From Negaprion brevirostris (taxonomy: Eukaryota), in assembly GCA_030324005.1 (NCBI GenBank), contig JARDVH010000154.1, positions 30,352,788 to 30,414,119 on the forward strand: DNA of 61,332 nt, written 5' to 3'. The notes under the pieces are model-generated. The model worked only from the letters and a program-made list of their open reading frames with translations, was not told the origin of the DNA and made no database searches. Position 1 is the first letter of the stretch, and each line of letters starts with the position of its first letter. The translations under genes and the position numbers were made by a program. Shown in pieces: positions 49,522-61,332 of this stretch.

Positions 49522-49851
49522 GGAGCAGTACAGTGGCACAGTGGTTGGCACTGCTGCCTCAAAGCGCCAGGAAGCCAGGTTCAATTCTGACCTTGAATGA
49601 TTATCAGTGTGGAGTTTGCACGTTTTCCCCATGACTGTGGGTTTCCACGAGGTGTTCTAGTCTCCTCCCACAGTCCAAATATGTGAAGGGCAGGTTGACT
49701 GGCCATGCTAAATTGTCCTTCATGTCCAAAGATATGTAGATTAGGGGGATTAGCAGGATAAATATGTAGGGTTATGGGAATAGGGTTTGCTAAATCAAAG
49801 AGTCGGTGGGCCTAATAGCCTACTTTCTGCACTAGGGATTCTATGATTCTA
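49522..49851 (+). mobile_element. HE1/V-SINE, CR1-type tail
   Basis: Head cagtggcacagtggttggcactgctgcctc; tail tctgcactagggattctatgattcta. Confidence 0.87.
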
Positions 49852-50337
49852 AACATTGGTATTCTGTTGTGTTTGAATTTGATTTAAGCAGAGAGGCCTG
49901 AATAAAAATCCAGGATCTGGTAAGATGTTGATTTGGTCTTGCAATTAAGTTGTGTGTGTCCAACATACACTGCGAGGTACTGTTGGGCATCTGATGATGC
50001 CTGTCAACCTGCATGGCTTTAGACAGTGGAGCGTTGGAACAATAGATGTGTTTTAATCTGGTAAGCAGAGTTAGTGTTGCTCCACCCAGGAAAAAGCAAG
50101 TTTGTATTGTCATGTTCGTAACAAACCCATTAATACCATGTCAATGTGTTAATTTGCTCATTGTTTTGAGTGTTAAACAGTTTGAAATAATTGGGATGAT
50201 GCCATTAAGTTGCAGATCAAATGAATTTCACTTGTCGGTGTTACTGTATGGTTTGAGAGTATTGCACAGCACAATTTTGATCCTTTGTTATGGAAACTAT
50301 GCAATATGAATGCCTTAAAACTGACATAAGCTAAATT

Positions 50338-50593
50338 CACAGTGGTTAGCACTGTTGCCTCACAGCGTCAGAGACCTGGGTTTGATTCCCAGCTTGGGTC
50401 ACTGTCTGTGTGGAGCTTGCACCTTCTCCCCTTCCTCTGGATGCTCTGGTTTCCTCCCACGTTCCGAAAGATGTGCTGGTTAGGTGCGTTGACCTCAACA
50501 GACGCCAGACTGTGGCGAGTAGGGGAATTTCACAGTAACTTCATTGCAATGTTAATGTAAGACTTAGCTGTGACTAATAAATAAATAAAACTT
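50338..50593 (+). mobile_element. HE1-head SINE with the alternative tail
   Basis: cacagtggttagcactgttgcctcacagcg...cacagtaacttcattgcaatgttaatgtaag...aataaataaa. Confidence 0.85.
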
Positions 50594-50595
50594 TA

Positions 50596-50847
50596 CAACA
50601 ATCCCACCCAGACCCTATCCCTGTAATCCAACGTATTCACTCTGCTAACCTCACTGAGACTAAGGGACAATTTATCATGGCCAAAAAACCTAATCCGCAC
50701 ATCTTTGGACTGTGGTTGGAAACCAGAGCACCCGGAGGAAACCCACGCAGATACACAGAGAATGTGCAAACTCCACACAGACAGTCACCCAAGGCTGGAA
50801 TTGAACCTTGGTCCCTGGTGCTGTGAGGCAGTAATGTTAAACGTGGT
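50596..50847 (-). mobile_element. HE1/V-SINE, tail-to-tail with the previous copy
   Basis: caatcccacccagaccctatcc...ggaggaaacccacgcag...gtccctggtgctgtgaggcag. Confidence 0.85.
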
Positions 50848-51256
50848 ACTGGTGCTAATTGGGAACGTATGTGCTGTCTCAAATTGTTGTTTTTCATTCT
50901 GAGTACTAGACTGGGTGGATATAAAACCATACCTAAAATGTGAAAAGCTGCTGGAGTGTGGAAAGAAATGTTGCCTGCAGGCACTGCCACTGCTGTGTTC
51001 TGTTGACTCAATTTAGTTCAGTTTTTCATGTATCTGAGAAGATCCTGAAGTTGTGAGTGTGTTCCCTGTGGGCATCATCCCACACATACATGAGCAGTTG
51101 GGTTGGAATGTGTTGCAAGATTGAAACAATTGAGAGGCTACACCAGCTCCATAAACCAGGGGAATGAAGACAAGACAGTTTTTGTAATCTGTGGAACCCT
51201 CGGCTTATATTGCAGTCCATGACTCACAGCTGTTTATGTGTCATTTAATGTAATAT

Positions 51257-51611
51257 GGAGTGGGCATGGTGGCACATTGGTTAGCACTGCTGCCACACAG
51301 TGCCAGGGACCCACATTTGATTCCTGGCTGGGGCAACTAGTTGTGTGGAGTTTGCACGTTCTCCCTGTGTCTGCACGGGTTTCCTTCGGGTGCTTCGGTT
51401 TCCTCACACAGTCCAAAGATGTACAGGTTAGGTGGATTGACTAAGGTAAATTACCCCTTAGTGTCCAAAGATATGTAGATTGGGGGATCAGTGGGGTAAA
51501 TAGGTGGGATTACTGGGATAGGGCTCAGGTAAGAAGCTCTGTAGGAGAGTCTGTGAGATTTGATGGGCCGAATGACGTCCTCCTGCACTGTGTAAGTATT
51601 CTATGATTCTA
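51257..51611 (+). mobile_element. HE1/V-SINE, CR1-type tail
   Basis: ggcatggtggcacattggttagcactgctgcc...gatgggccgaatg...tgcactgt...ttctatgattct. Confidence 0.87.
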
Positions 51612-52079
51612 AGTCTTTTTTGTACTGTGAGTCTATGATGAAGTGCCAATGAATCAGCCATTGACTACAGAAAGAAACAGTTAAAGAGAATATTTTGTAA
51701 TACTTAAAATTAAAAAATTATTTACTATTTGACCTCAATGCAATTTTCATCTCCAGCTGCACCTCTTTTTATCCAGTCTGCTCCCTGGTTTAAATGTCCT
51801 CGAAGTTCTGTTATCAGCCAAGAAAGTAGACAAATGCTGGGTTCCCTGCTCTGTGCTCCCTCTGATTCCCCGAAGTCCTTGAAGTTCTCAAAATTGTTCA
51901 CGCGGTGAGTGGGACCTGTGTGTGGCAGTTCTCCGACTATCCACTCCAGGATACACTTGGGTGCATTGTTGCACCAATACTCTGAATCCTATTTCTGTTT
52001 TTAATAATGAAGCTCATTCTTACAGTGATGTAGGTGAAAACCTGTTACAGCAGATTTTACATCAGACTTAAGGCTTATC

Positions 52080-52360
52080 ATGCAATATGGCTGGCCAGCA
52101 TTTATTACCCACCTCTAGTTGTCCTTAGAGGGTAGTTGGGGGTCAACCACGTTGCTATATCTCTGGAATCACATGTAGGCCAGACCAGGTAAAGAAGGCA
52201 GACTTCCTTCCCTAAAGGACATTAGTGAATCAGATGTGTTTTTCNNNNNNNNNNTGACAATGGTTTAGTGGTCATCAGTAGATTCTTAATTCCAGATATT
52301 TTTTATCAAATTCAGATTCCACAATCTGCTCTGGCAGGATTCGAATCCGGGCCCCCAGGA
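52080..52360 (-). mobile_element. Second-family tRNA SINE
   Basis: Homologous to 29075-29516 and 61070-61332. Confidence 0.72.
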
Positions 52361-52458
52361 TAACAATATAAGATTCGGTTTTCTAATGATTGGTGTCATG
52401 ACCCTTGACACTTCCCCTGCAAATTTTCGGTAAGATCTGGTAAGGACCAATAATGTTT

Positions 52459-52710
52459 TAGAATCATAGAATCCCTACAGTGCAGGAAAGTTCATTTGGC
52501 CAGTCAAGTCTGTACCAACTCTCTGATAGGGTATCTTACCCAGGCCCTCTCCCCTGCTCTTACCCTGTAACCCTACACATTTACCACAGCTAATCCACCT
52601 AACATACACATCTTGGGACAATGAGGGGCAATTTAGCAATCCATCTCACCTGCAAATCTTCAGACTGTGGGAGGAAACCGGAGCACCTGGAGGAAACCCA
52701 TGCAGACACA
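52459..52710 (-). mobile_element. HE1/V-SINE 3' part
   Basis: tagaatcatagaatccctacagtgcag...gggaggaaaccggagcacctggaggaaacccatgcagacac. Confidence 0.82.
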
Positions 52711-52944
52711 TTTTGTTTTGTTTGAAGTAGACAAAGTTTGATTCAAGACACTTGTTCAGTGAATAAAGCCACATGACTCCACAGATTTTGAACAAACAAA
52801 AATAAATATTACTACACCAGGTTAGAAAGATATAGCAGTTTACAATATTTAGTTTATAAAACCCATTCAAAAAACATTCAAAATTACTAACATTTTTAGG
52901 AGAAACTGCCTTTTAGGCTGGCTTGTTGAGAAAGTTGAAATGGA

Positions 52945-53120
52945 GTACACATTTCAAAACCCATCTGGTTCAATAACGTCCTTTAGGGAAGGAAATCTGC
53001 CTCCCTTATCTGGTCTGGCCTACATGTGACCCCAGAGGTACAGCAACGTGGTTGACTCTCAACTGCCCTCCAAGAACAATTCGAGATGGGTAATAAATAC
53101 TGGCCAGCCAACAATGCCCT
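52945..53120 (+). mobile_element. Second-family SINE fragment
   Basis: aaaacccatctggttcaataacgtcctttagggaaggaaatctgcc...tggcctacatgtgac...gggtaataaatactggcc. Confidence 0.7.
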
Positions 53121-53371
53121 CAGATGGGATTTTCCGGCTTGGGGCAAACGCAGCTGGAAAATCCTGCCCAGGATCTTTCAGCACTTTTGTTCTAGAATTA
53201 TTCAATTTGCTTGTCTAATCCTGGAAACGTAAATTTGAAGGAAATAGTGAAGAGCCTGTGCTGCATTGAGTAATTGGCAGAAAAAAAGGGCCCAATTTTA
53301 ACTCTGTGTAGTGCATGAGTTTTGATTGGTATAAGATCCTATCAATTCTTCTCATTCGTTCATCCAATGAC

Positions 53372-53732
53372 AAATTCCTACAATGCAGAAGGAAGCCATT
53401 TGGCCAATCGAGACTCGACTGACCTTCCCCCTGCCCCATCCCCACGACCCCATATATTTACATATCTTGGGACNNNNNNNNNNNNNNNNNNNNNNNNNNN
53501 NNNNNNNNNNNNNNNNNNNNNNNNNNNNNNNNNNNNNNNNNNNNNNNNNNNNNNNNNNNNNNNNNNNNNNNNNCGGGTGCTCTGGTTTCCTCCGAAAGAC
53601 ATGCTGGTTGGGTGCATTGGCCATGCTAAGTTCTCCCTCAGTGTATCTGAACAGGCACTAGAGTGGCGACTCCGGGATTCTCACAGTAACTTCATTGCAA
53701 TGTAAGCCTACTTGTGACACAAATAAATAAGC
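53372..53732. mobile_element. Two SINE pieces flanking a 100-N gap (minus-strand CR1-type tail; plus-strand alternative tail)
   Basis: ttcctacaatgcagaaggaagccatttggcc before the gap; cgggtgctctggtttcc...cacagtaacttcattgcaatgtaagcctacttgtgacac after it. Confidence 0.75.
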
Positions 53733-53740
53733 TAATTTAC

Positions 53741-56080
53741 TGTTGGACAGTGTAGTACAATAGGTTATTGGATAGTTATGGTTGAGTTCGTGATGTAATA
53801 GTGACAGCACTTGTGCAGGAGCCTCTAAAGCAGATGGAACTGTTTGCTTTCACGAGAGACCTCCCTACACTGTAGTCATATACAGTGTTAATAAAGCTGT
53901 TTGAAGTAACCTTCTTGAGTCAGAACACATGCTGAGGAAAACGCGGGCCAAGCAATCAGCATAGAAGGATGAATTAGATAAGGTTTTACAAGAGTCTTCA
54001 GCCAGAAGGGCCAAGTGGATGATCCATCTCAGCCTCTTAAGATCTTCAGCATCACAGATGTCAGTCTTCAGCTAATTCAGTTCATGCTACGGGAGATCAA
54101 AAAATGACTGAAGGCTTTGAATACCACAATGCTGAAGACTTGTGCTCCAGAACTTGCTGCACCACAGGCCAAGCTATTCCAGTACAGCTATAGTTACAGC
54201 ACTATCCACATCAATGCAGAAAATTGCCCAGGTATGTTGTGTGTACACAAAGCAGGATAAATCCAAGTCCACCCGTTACCAATGCATTAGCCCACTCTCA
54301 ATCAACAGTAAAGTTACAGAAGGGGTCATTAACACTGCTTTGAAGCACCACTTGCTTAGCAATAACCTGCTTACTGATGCTCAGTTTGGGTTCCATCCGG
54401 ATCACTCCTGACCTCATCTTTGGTTCAAACGTGGACAGAAGAGCTGAATGCCAGAGGTGAGAACAACTGCCCTTGACATCAAGGCAGCATTTGATCACGT
54501 ACAGCATCAAGGAGCCCTAGCAAAACTGGAGTCGATGGGAATCAGGGGAAACTCTTCACTAGTTGGAGTCATACCTAGCGCAAGGAAAGATCGTTATGGT
54601 TTTTGGACCACATTTGTGCCATGCAGTGATCATCTCCAACATGAGAGAATCTAACCATCACCTCTTGATGTTCAGTGGCATTACCANNNNNNNNNNGGCC
54701 AGCCATGTAAATACTGTGGCTGAGTCAGAAGCCATGAATCCGTCGAGTGATTCACTTCTTGACACCCAAAGCTTGTCCACCATCTACAAGGCACAAATCA
54801 GGAGAGTGCTGGAATACTCTCCACGTGCCTGGATGACTGCAGCTCCAACAACACTGAAGCAGCTCAATACCATCCAAGTCAAAGGCAGCCCACTTGATTG
54901 ACACCCCTTCCACAACCAATCACCCCCTCCAGCATAGAGATGCGGTGGCAGCAGTGTGTAACAGGAAATGGAAGAACACCTATTAGAATTTTAAAAATCT
55001 GCAAACTAATGCAAAAAGGAGGCATACTGGAAAGAGATGTCAGTGCCTGGTGAGTACTCACTGCCCCCACTTACCCCCCTCCCCCAGCCCAGCTGTCCAG
55101 CACTCCCCTGCTCATTTTGAAAAGTCTGGTGGGTACTGAAAGGCCCAAAGTGGGAGTGTTGGAAGAAACCTTTGAAGGTATCAAGCAGCACCAGACGTGC
55201 ATGCTAAATAGAAGCAGGTTTGTTCATTCCTTTATGCCATAGCCAATGCTGTCGTCTTGATACAAAAGGTAAAAGAGACCCGTGCAAACTTCAAGACTGT
55301 TCTAAAAGTGTTTGACATGTAGCCTGAAATGAAACCTGGTCATTGAGCATGCATGATTTAATCAAGGACCAGGACAACCTCTTGAATTATTTCTTAAAAC
55401 CTGTTTCATCTAGCCAATTCTTGTGGGGATTGTACATTGGAAGATAGACTTATTCACAACTGTAGTTGGAGTCCACAATGAAAAAGCTGTCAGGCTTTTT
55501 TACAGATTGGAGATGACTTCGGTCTTGCGAAAGTGGTTCAGTACACTAAGTGAGCCAAGCTCAGGTAAATCGTGTTATAATCTGCGGTGAGACCAATCTC
55601 CAGATGACTCCGTTAGCAGAGTAGGCCCAAGGGCAGCAGCCCCACCCCACTCAGAATGGGTAATGGGGTTGGAAACCCCACTGCATCTTGAGGTGCTTGT
55701 GCTGTGGCTGCGCAGGAGCAGCACAGACTGCAAGATTGCCCAGCAGGGGGCGGAGTGTGTTTCATGCACAGAAAGAACAAGTGCTTCTGTAGGTTTAGTA
55801 ACTTCAGTAGAAAAAAAAGGACACAATGTAAATGATCCAAGGAATTGGAAATAACGACATAAAATTAGCATTCCTGGGGGAAGCAAGTGTCATGATCAAG
55901 ATGATTGGGTCAGTTATAAAATTGATACAGAAGCTGGTGTAACGATACCAACCAATCACCTGAACTGGTTCAAATCAATACCTCTCTATCCTTCAAACAT
56001 TAAATCACAAGATTCAGGCAGCCCAAGCCTTCCAATAAAAGATCCGCTAATTATAACCAATGCATATCTGTAATGAGTAG
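53741..56080 (+). mobile_element. Decayed Ty3/Gypsy LTR retrotransposon 5' part (LTR, gag, protease), interrupted by a LINE
   Basis: TG...AATAAA...CA LTR-like block at 53741-53929. From ~55020, broken gag motifs (WECWKK, QVCSFLYAI, FKTVLKVFD, LEDRLI), a CPA...C..C zinc-knuckle remnant and protease-like KIDTEAGVT (D-T-G motif decayed). Confidence 0.6.
53985..54965 (+). mobile_element. Non-LTR retrotransposon (CR1/Jockey-group) RT fragment
   Basis: Encodes LKTCAPEL, KIAQVCCVYTKQDKS, ISPLSINSKVTEGVIN, LLTDAQFGF, TALDIKAAFDHVQHQG and TIYKAQIRRVLEYSP. Confidence 0.85.
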
Positions 56081-57267
56081 AAGTGTCTGTACAACTGGAA
56101 AAGCAGATGATGAGTTACAGCAGCACAGCTGGACACTCTTCATGGCAGAATTTCCAGAGTCACCTGACAGCTGAGGTTTATTCGCTGAGCAGTGGTCCAC
56201 CCTCCATCTCAGAGACCCCAGGCAGAAACTGAGATTTTGAATCTCTCTGTTCCCATTGAAGTTAGAATGTGGGGACAGAAGACACTGCAGAAAGCGGTGG
56301 CCATCCACAAGCAGACCTCCTAATCCTGGGTTGGCTCCTTCCTCAAGAAGGTAGTGTGAAAGAAGCCACTGTAACACCGTGATCCATTGGAAAATGAGAT
56401 CCGCAAGGTTTGCATGCTATTCAGATCAACAGCTGAAGCATGTGTGAAGTGTCTGGTTTCTTTTTGAGGAGTCGGTCACATTTGAAGAGCAACATTGGTT
56501 CAGTGGGACAAAGATCCCAATCAATCCAAGGCCTTGTACCTCACTGGTTGACCATCAAAAGCTATCCAAGGAGACCAGAACGCTTGTCTCCGTAGAGAAT
56601 CACAATGCCAGAGTGTGGAAACAGTCAGTGAAAATATATTGATGCCCACACTTCAATCTCAGGATGATGTCTTCCAGGAGACAGGAGCACCCATATCTTT
56701 ACAAGGCATCTTCCCAGAAGCTTGTGAACACATGGAGACACAATCCTTTGTGGGAAGAATAGCAGTTGGAGAGAATCTGTAGCAGTAAAAGGGAGCTGCA
56801 TGTTGCAGATAAGCGAGCTAGTTGTGGAGGCCTACGAGTACTTGCCTCGTACTGGGTGGGTCAAGATGCCAGCTCCTAGTTCTTTCAGGTTGTTCTTGTT
56901 CACCCATTCCACAAAGCTATCCACCACAACCCTGACCCCCAATGGATCACAAAGCCTGTGCACTGGCCCAGGGAGATGCATGGCCTGACATCTGGCAAGA
57001 AGAACCACGCTTTGGGCAATACCATTTTACTATTGGAAGCTCTCATCATGCTGCATAGAGAAGATGCAATGTACTGCAGTTCCATCACTATTGTTAATGT
57101 GTAGTATCTGTATATTTTACGTCGGTAAGTAAATTGTTTGAAGGATTTTCCTGCCCAGAAAAAGAAGTTACAGAAATCGTAAATAGTTTAACATTATTAA
57201 AGAGGTTGATGTTGTACTTGGGGATTATTATCAGTTAATGACAGCAGCAGTTATGCCAGCGACTCTT

Positions 57268-57557
57268 TAATTTATTTGTTAGTGTCACAAGTCGGCTTAC
57301 ATTAACACTGCAATGAAGTTACTGTGAAAATTCCCTAGTTGCCACACTCCAGTACCTGTTTGGGTACACTGAGGGAGAATTTAGCATGGCCAATGCACCT
57401 AAGCAGCACATCTTTCGGACTGTGGGAGGAATCCAGAGCACCTGGAGGAAACCCACATGGACATGAGAATGTGCAAACTCCACGCAGTCACCGAAGGCTG
57501 GAATTGAACCCGGTTCCTGGTGCTGTGAGACAGCAGTGCTAACCACTGTGCCGCCCT
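57268..57557 (-). mobile_element. HE1-head SINE with the alternative tail, near full length
   Basis: Matches the 44618-44917 copy. Confidence 0.88.
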
Positions 57558-57614
57558 GTAGAGCACTACAGCAGTCGTCTTATGAGGACCATAGCTTCTC
57601 TATCTTGAATATGT

Positions 57615-58162
57615 GTTAGTCATTTAAGTCTGCATTAGTTAGGCCGCACTTGGAATATAGTGTTCAATTNNNNNNNNNNNNNNNNNNNNNNNNNNNNNNN
57701 NNNNNNNNNNACAGAAAAGATTTGCCAGGATGGTGCCTGGTATGGAGGGCATTAGCTATGAGGAGAGATTGGAGAAACTTGGTTCATTCTCACTGGAACG
57801 ACACAGGTTGAGAGGTGACCTGATAGAAGTCAACAAGATTGAGGGGCATGGGTAGAGCGCATAGTCAGAAGCTTTGTCCCAAGGTGGAAGAGTCAATAAC
57901 TAGGAGGCACAGGTTTAAGGTGTGAGGGCAAGGATTAGAGGAGATGTATGAGGCAAGTTTTTTTTTAGAGGGTGGTGGGTGCCTGGAACTCACTGCCAGG
58001 GGAGGTAGTGGAAGCAGATATGATTGTGAGTTTTAAGCGCGTCTGGACAATTACATGAATAGGATAGGAATAAACGGGGATAGGAGATCTTAGTTCAGTT
58101 GGGCAGCATGGTCCATGCAGGGCTGGAGGGCCTGTTCCTGTGCTGTAATGTTCTTTATTCTT
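57615..58162 (+). mobile_element. CR1/HER1 LINE 3' region
   Basis: Encodes LVRPHLEYSVQ, KRFARMVPGMEGISYEERLEKLG, RLRGDLIEV and WNSLPGEVVEAD; tail gggcctgttcctgtgctgtaatgttct. Confidence 0.9.
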
Positions 58163-58849
58163 CATTTGAAGTAACATTTTGAGTTAGACCCGCGGCTACT
58201 CGAGTTAAAATTGGCCACACAATCTACTTGTGAAAAATTATGCAAATCCAGTACACTCTCCGCACCTAAATGAGTCAAAGCAGGGCCCTGGGCAATTACA
58301 GGGAACCCTAAAGAATATACCATGTCACAATTCCAGTGTGCACTCCAAGTGTATCGGATCCTGTAGTGCCTAGATTTTCCTGCAAAATGTGTTGGCTAAT
58401 CACATTTCTAAGCAGGTTCTCGAAAGGCAGCATCAATCATAGCGTATAACACAGCATTTCGGTTAAGTGCGGTTCTAATAAAAATGCTTTAAATCTCCCA
58501 TTGCACTTTTTGGCTTCTGATTTAATGAAATTCCTCTTATAAAAAGTGGCGAGTATGAATTCATTATGAGAATCTTTCACCGTATTTAATTATAGGAAAT
58601 GCAACAGTGAAAAAAAGGTATGTGGACTGGAAAGGCTTAGAAGGACTTCGGTACAAGGTGAAGCCAAGTAGAAAACAGTCACTGGATAATAACAGCCTCA
58701 ATATACTTCACATTCATTACTGTCATCAGAGCTTGTTTCTGCACTTTGAAATGATGGCACATGAATTAATAAACGGGTTTTAATTTTTCACTGATCTTTC
58801 ATTGCTGTCCGCAGATTGTTTGCGTAAAGTTGTTGGAACAGAATTAAAC

Positions 58850-59075
58850 AGTCTAAATGTAGCTTTGTGGCAGTAAGGCTGGGTGCAATCTAATACTGGA
58901 TATTCTATTACCAATGCAGAATTTCTACAGTTCCTTCACTGGTGTTACAGAACCATCCATCACAAATGCCTCGGGCATGGCTGCGTTATCAAGGTCTTTC
59001 TCATGACTGGAAGAGCAAGAACATGTCACCTAGTGGGATTTTGCCAAGGAATCATTTCCGCCTCGTTTTAAAATT
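58850..59075 (+). mobile_element. Possible pogo/Tigger transposase remnant
   Basis: QSN...T..EFLQFLHWCY and QGIISA resemble the pogo DDE motifs W.SN..AW.T...F..W and DQGII; very degraded. Confidence 0.3.
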
Positions 59076-59357
59076 ATTCCACCAGACCAACAATTAGGTG
59101 ATACATCACGCATATTTTTAACTTTTTTTTTATCAGTGAATTATAACCTATAGTCCTGTGAAATGTCAACGATCCTCACAGAATGAATGATTCAACAAAC
59201 TTTGAGTCAAATATCCCCACTTTTCCACCCCCCCCTTGTCATTAATATATTTGCAAACTGTAAATAAATAAGAGTTTTAAAGATGCATTGTTATGCTTTA
59301 CAAAGCTCACACCGCTACAGCTCAAGCAATCATCTATTTACTAAATGGATTTGCAAC

Positions 59358-59705
59358 TTTAACAACAACTTTCATTTACGTCACACTTTTAATATTGCAA
59401 AGTGTCTCCAAGACATTACACAGGAGCAAAAGAGACGAAAAATTGCTACTGAGTCATTAGGATAGGTGACTAATTGTTTTGTCAAAGCAAGGTTAAACGA
59501 TGTTTAAAAGGAGGAGAGCGCGTGGAATGTTGAAATGATTTGTAAAGAGAATATGATAGTTTAGGGACTAGCTGCTTGAAGTCATGGCCACCAGTGATGT
59601 GGCAATGGCTTTGGGGAAGGGGTAGGGGGAGATGTGAGGGGAAGAAGCCAGAATATTAGAAGGGCCCCAGAGATCTGAGAACGTTATTGGGCTGGGAGAT
59701 GATTG
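59358..59705 (-). mobile_element. L2 LINE 3' end
   Basis: aacaacaactttcatttacgtcacacttttaat...aggataggtgactaattgttttgtcaaag...aaaaggaggagag, the reverse-complement L2 3' UTR pattern. Confidence 0.65.
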
Positions 59706-60457
59706 CTCCATAGTTGGACAGCCTGTTAAAATGTGTTATCCAACACGAGGAATAGTTACTTGATCAAGATACCAAGTACTTGTAGAATCAAAGCTTTTGG
59801 CAGAGGCGAGAGGAGTAAGACTGACAGGCTGGTATCATCGACAAGGTGATGCCACCATCATGTCTGCATCATAATCTTTAATCTTTAATTGGAAACAAAG
59901 AGAGACCAGCACTTTGCGAAATATGGAGTGTAATAGATCCAGCAACTGCATAAGTTTACCGGTGATTGATGTGCGCTGTTTTCAGCAGTCGTCAGAACAG
60001 ACTGCTCTAGTCAGAAGGATTCCATTGGGACACTCTTCAAATTGGCAACAGCATCATATTAACATACAATAATGAGAAAGTCATTGGATGGTTATTACAC
60101 TCAGGTAGCTGCAGCTATTTATAGATCCAAATCGTTTGCAGAAGTCACTGTCCTATAAACTGTTCAATTGCCATTCGTTGGAAGCAGAAGAATGGTTCAC
60201 TCTTTAAAGGCTAATACCCCCAATTCTTTGCAATCAATGAACTTTTAATGGAACCGCTGTTAGATTGAAGTTGCTGCTGTTAATTAGGATTAAAATGATT
60301 CCTGTATGTACCTTACTAGTCACATCCAATTCCTTAAGTGAAATAAGGATGGGCAGTTTCCTGTAAAAGAGTTTGACCTTAATATCCCTGCACAGACAAT
60401 GAACAGCTGAATTCGCTTTAGTACACTAGAGATCTTTAACAATAGTTAGTTTAGTTT

Positions 60458-60678
60458 TTAGTTTATTTATTAGTGTCACAAGTAGGCTTATTAACATTAC
60501 AATAAAGTTGCTGTGAAAATTCCTTGGTTGCCACACTCCAGCGCCTGTTTGGGGACGCTGAGGGAGAATTTAGCACGGCCAATCCATTTAACCAGCATGT
60601 CTTTCAGACTGTGGGATGAAACCAGAGCACCCAGAGGAACCCACACAGACACGGGGAGAACATGCAAACTCCACACAG
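60458..60678 (-). mobile_element. SINE with the alternative tail, 5'-truncated
   Basis: tttattagtgtcacaagtaggc...gggagaacatgcaaactccacacag. Confidence 0.85.
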
Positions 60679-60800
60679 TTTGTTTCTTCTCTTGTCTTTT
60701 GGTAAATGACATCCTGCTGGAGGAACATTGATGATTCTCAGCTCCAACTTGATGGGGAATCTCTGAGGAAGTCACTTGTTCTGGTCTTAGGAATTGATTA

Positions 60801-61060
60801 GGTGGCACGGTGGCACAATGTTTAACATTGCTGCCTCACAGCACCAAGGACATGGGTTCCGTTCCCTGTGTGGGACACTGTGCACATTCTCCCCGTGTCT
60901 GCATGGTCTCCCTCCAGGTGCCCTGGTTTCCTCCCACAGTGCAAAAGTCATGCTGGTTAGGTGCATTAGCCATGCTAAATTCTCCCTCAGTGTCCCCAAA
61001 CAGGCGCCGGAGTGTGGCGACTCAGGGATTTTCACAGTAACATCATTGCCATGTTAATGT
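60801..61060 (+). mobile_element. HE1-head SINE with the alternative tail
   Basis: ggtggcacggtggcacaatg...caggcgccggagtgtggcgactcagggattttcacagtaac. Confidence 0.85.
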
Positions 61061-61069
61061 CAGTCAACA

Positions 61070-61332
61070 TTTTTTATTCATTCATGGGACAGGGGTGTAT
61101 TTGGCTGGTCAGCATTTATTGCCCATCTCTAGTTGCCCTTAGAGGGCAGTTGAGAGTCAACCTGCTGTGGCTCTGGAATCACATTTCGGACAGACCAGGT
61201 AAGGATGGCAGATTTCCTTCCCTAAGGGGCATGAATGAACCAGATGAATTTTTCTGACAATGGTTTCATGGTCATCAGTAGATTCTTAATTCCAAATATT
61301 TTTTATTGAATTCAAATTCCACCATCTGCCGT
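61070..61332 (-). mobile_element. Second-family tRNA SINE (runs off the window end)
   Basis: Homologous to 29075 and 52080. Confidence 0.75.

Noticed and set aside
56610-56700. Minus-strand CSCLLEDIILRLKCGHQYIFTDC, RING-like
   Set aside because: The Cys/His spacing does not fit a RING finger and the frame closes immediately.

Overview
Eukaryotic genomic DNA, almost certainly from a shark: it carries HE1/V-SINE-type, Deu-domain (SacSINE1-like), CR1, L2, RTE, Penelope-like, Harbinger, hAT and Gypsy repeats, plus many N gaps. The only protein-coding gene I can support is the 3' part of GPATCH8 on the + strand. It comprises a 144-nt C2H2 zinc-finger exon (20457-20600), a 131-nt coiled-coil exon (34584-34714) and a ~3.9-kb terminal coding exon (36005-39920) encoding Lys-rich, RS-repeat and His/Pro/Ala-rich regions. 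A repeat-free 3' UTR with several AATAAA signals follows. The G-patch-encoding 5' exons are not visible. Bases 1-20456 look intronic and bases after ~43.6 kb are repeat-dense intergenic DNA. The most interesting signals are all inferences. (i) A transposon-poor intronic block at ~2.5-6 kb and ~9 kb is packed with unusual branchpoint/3' splice-site motifs and a 56-nt frame-disrupting cassette exon; it is a candidate autoregulatory poison-exon or branchpoint sensor for a splicing quality-control factor. (ii) A candidate alternative last exon right after the zinc-finger exon would delete the RS domain. (iii) A Penelope-type minimal hammerhead ribozyme with an intact core lies in sense orientation inside the intron. 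No prokaryotic features, CRISPR arrays, rRNA or tRNA genes were found. Repeat boundaries are approximate and family names come from motif recognition, not database searches.
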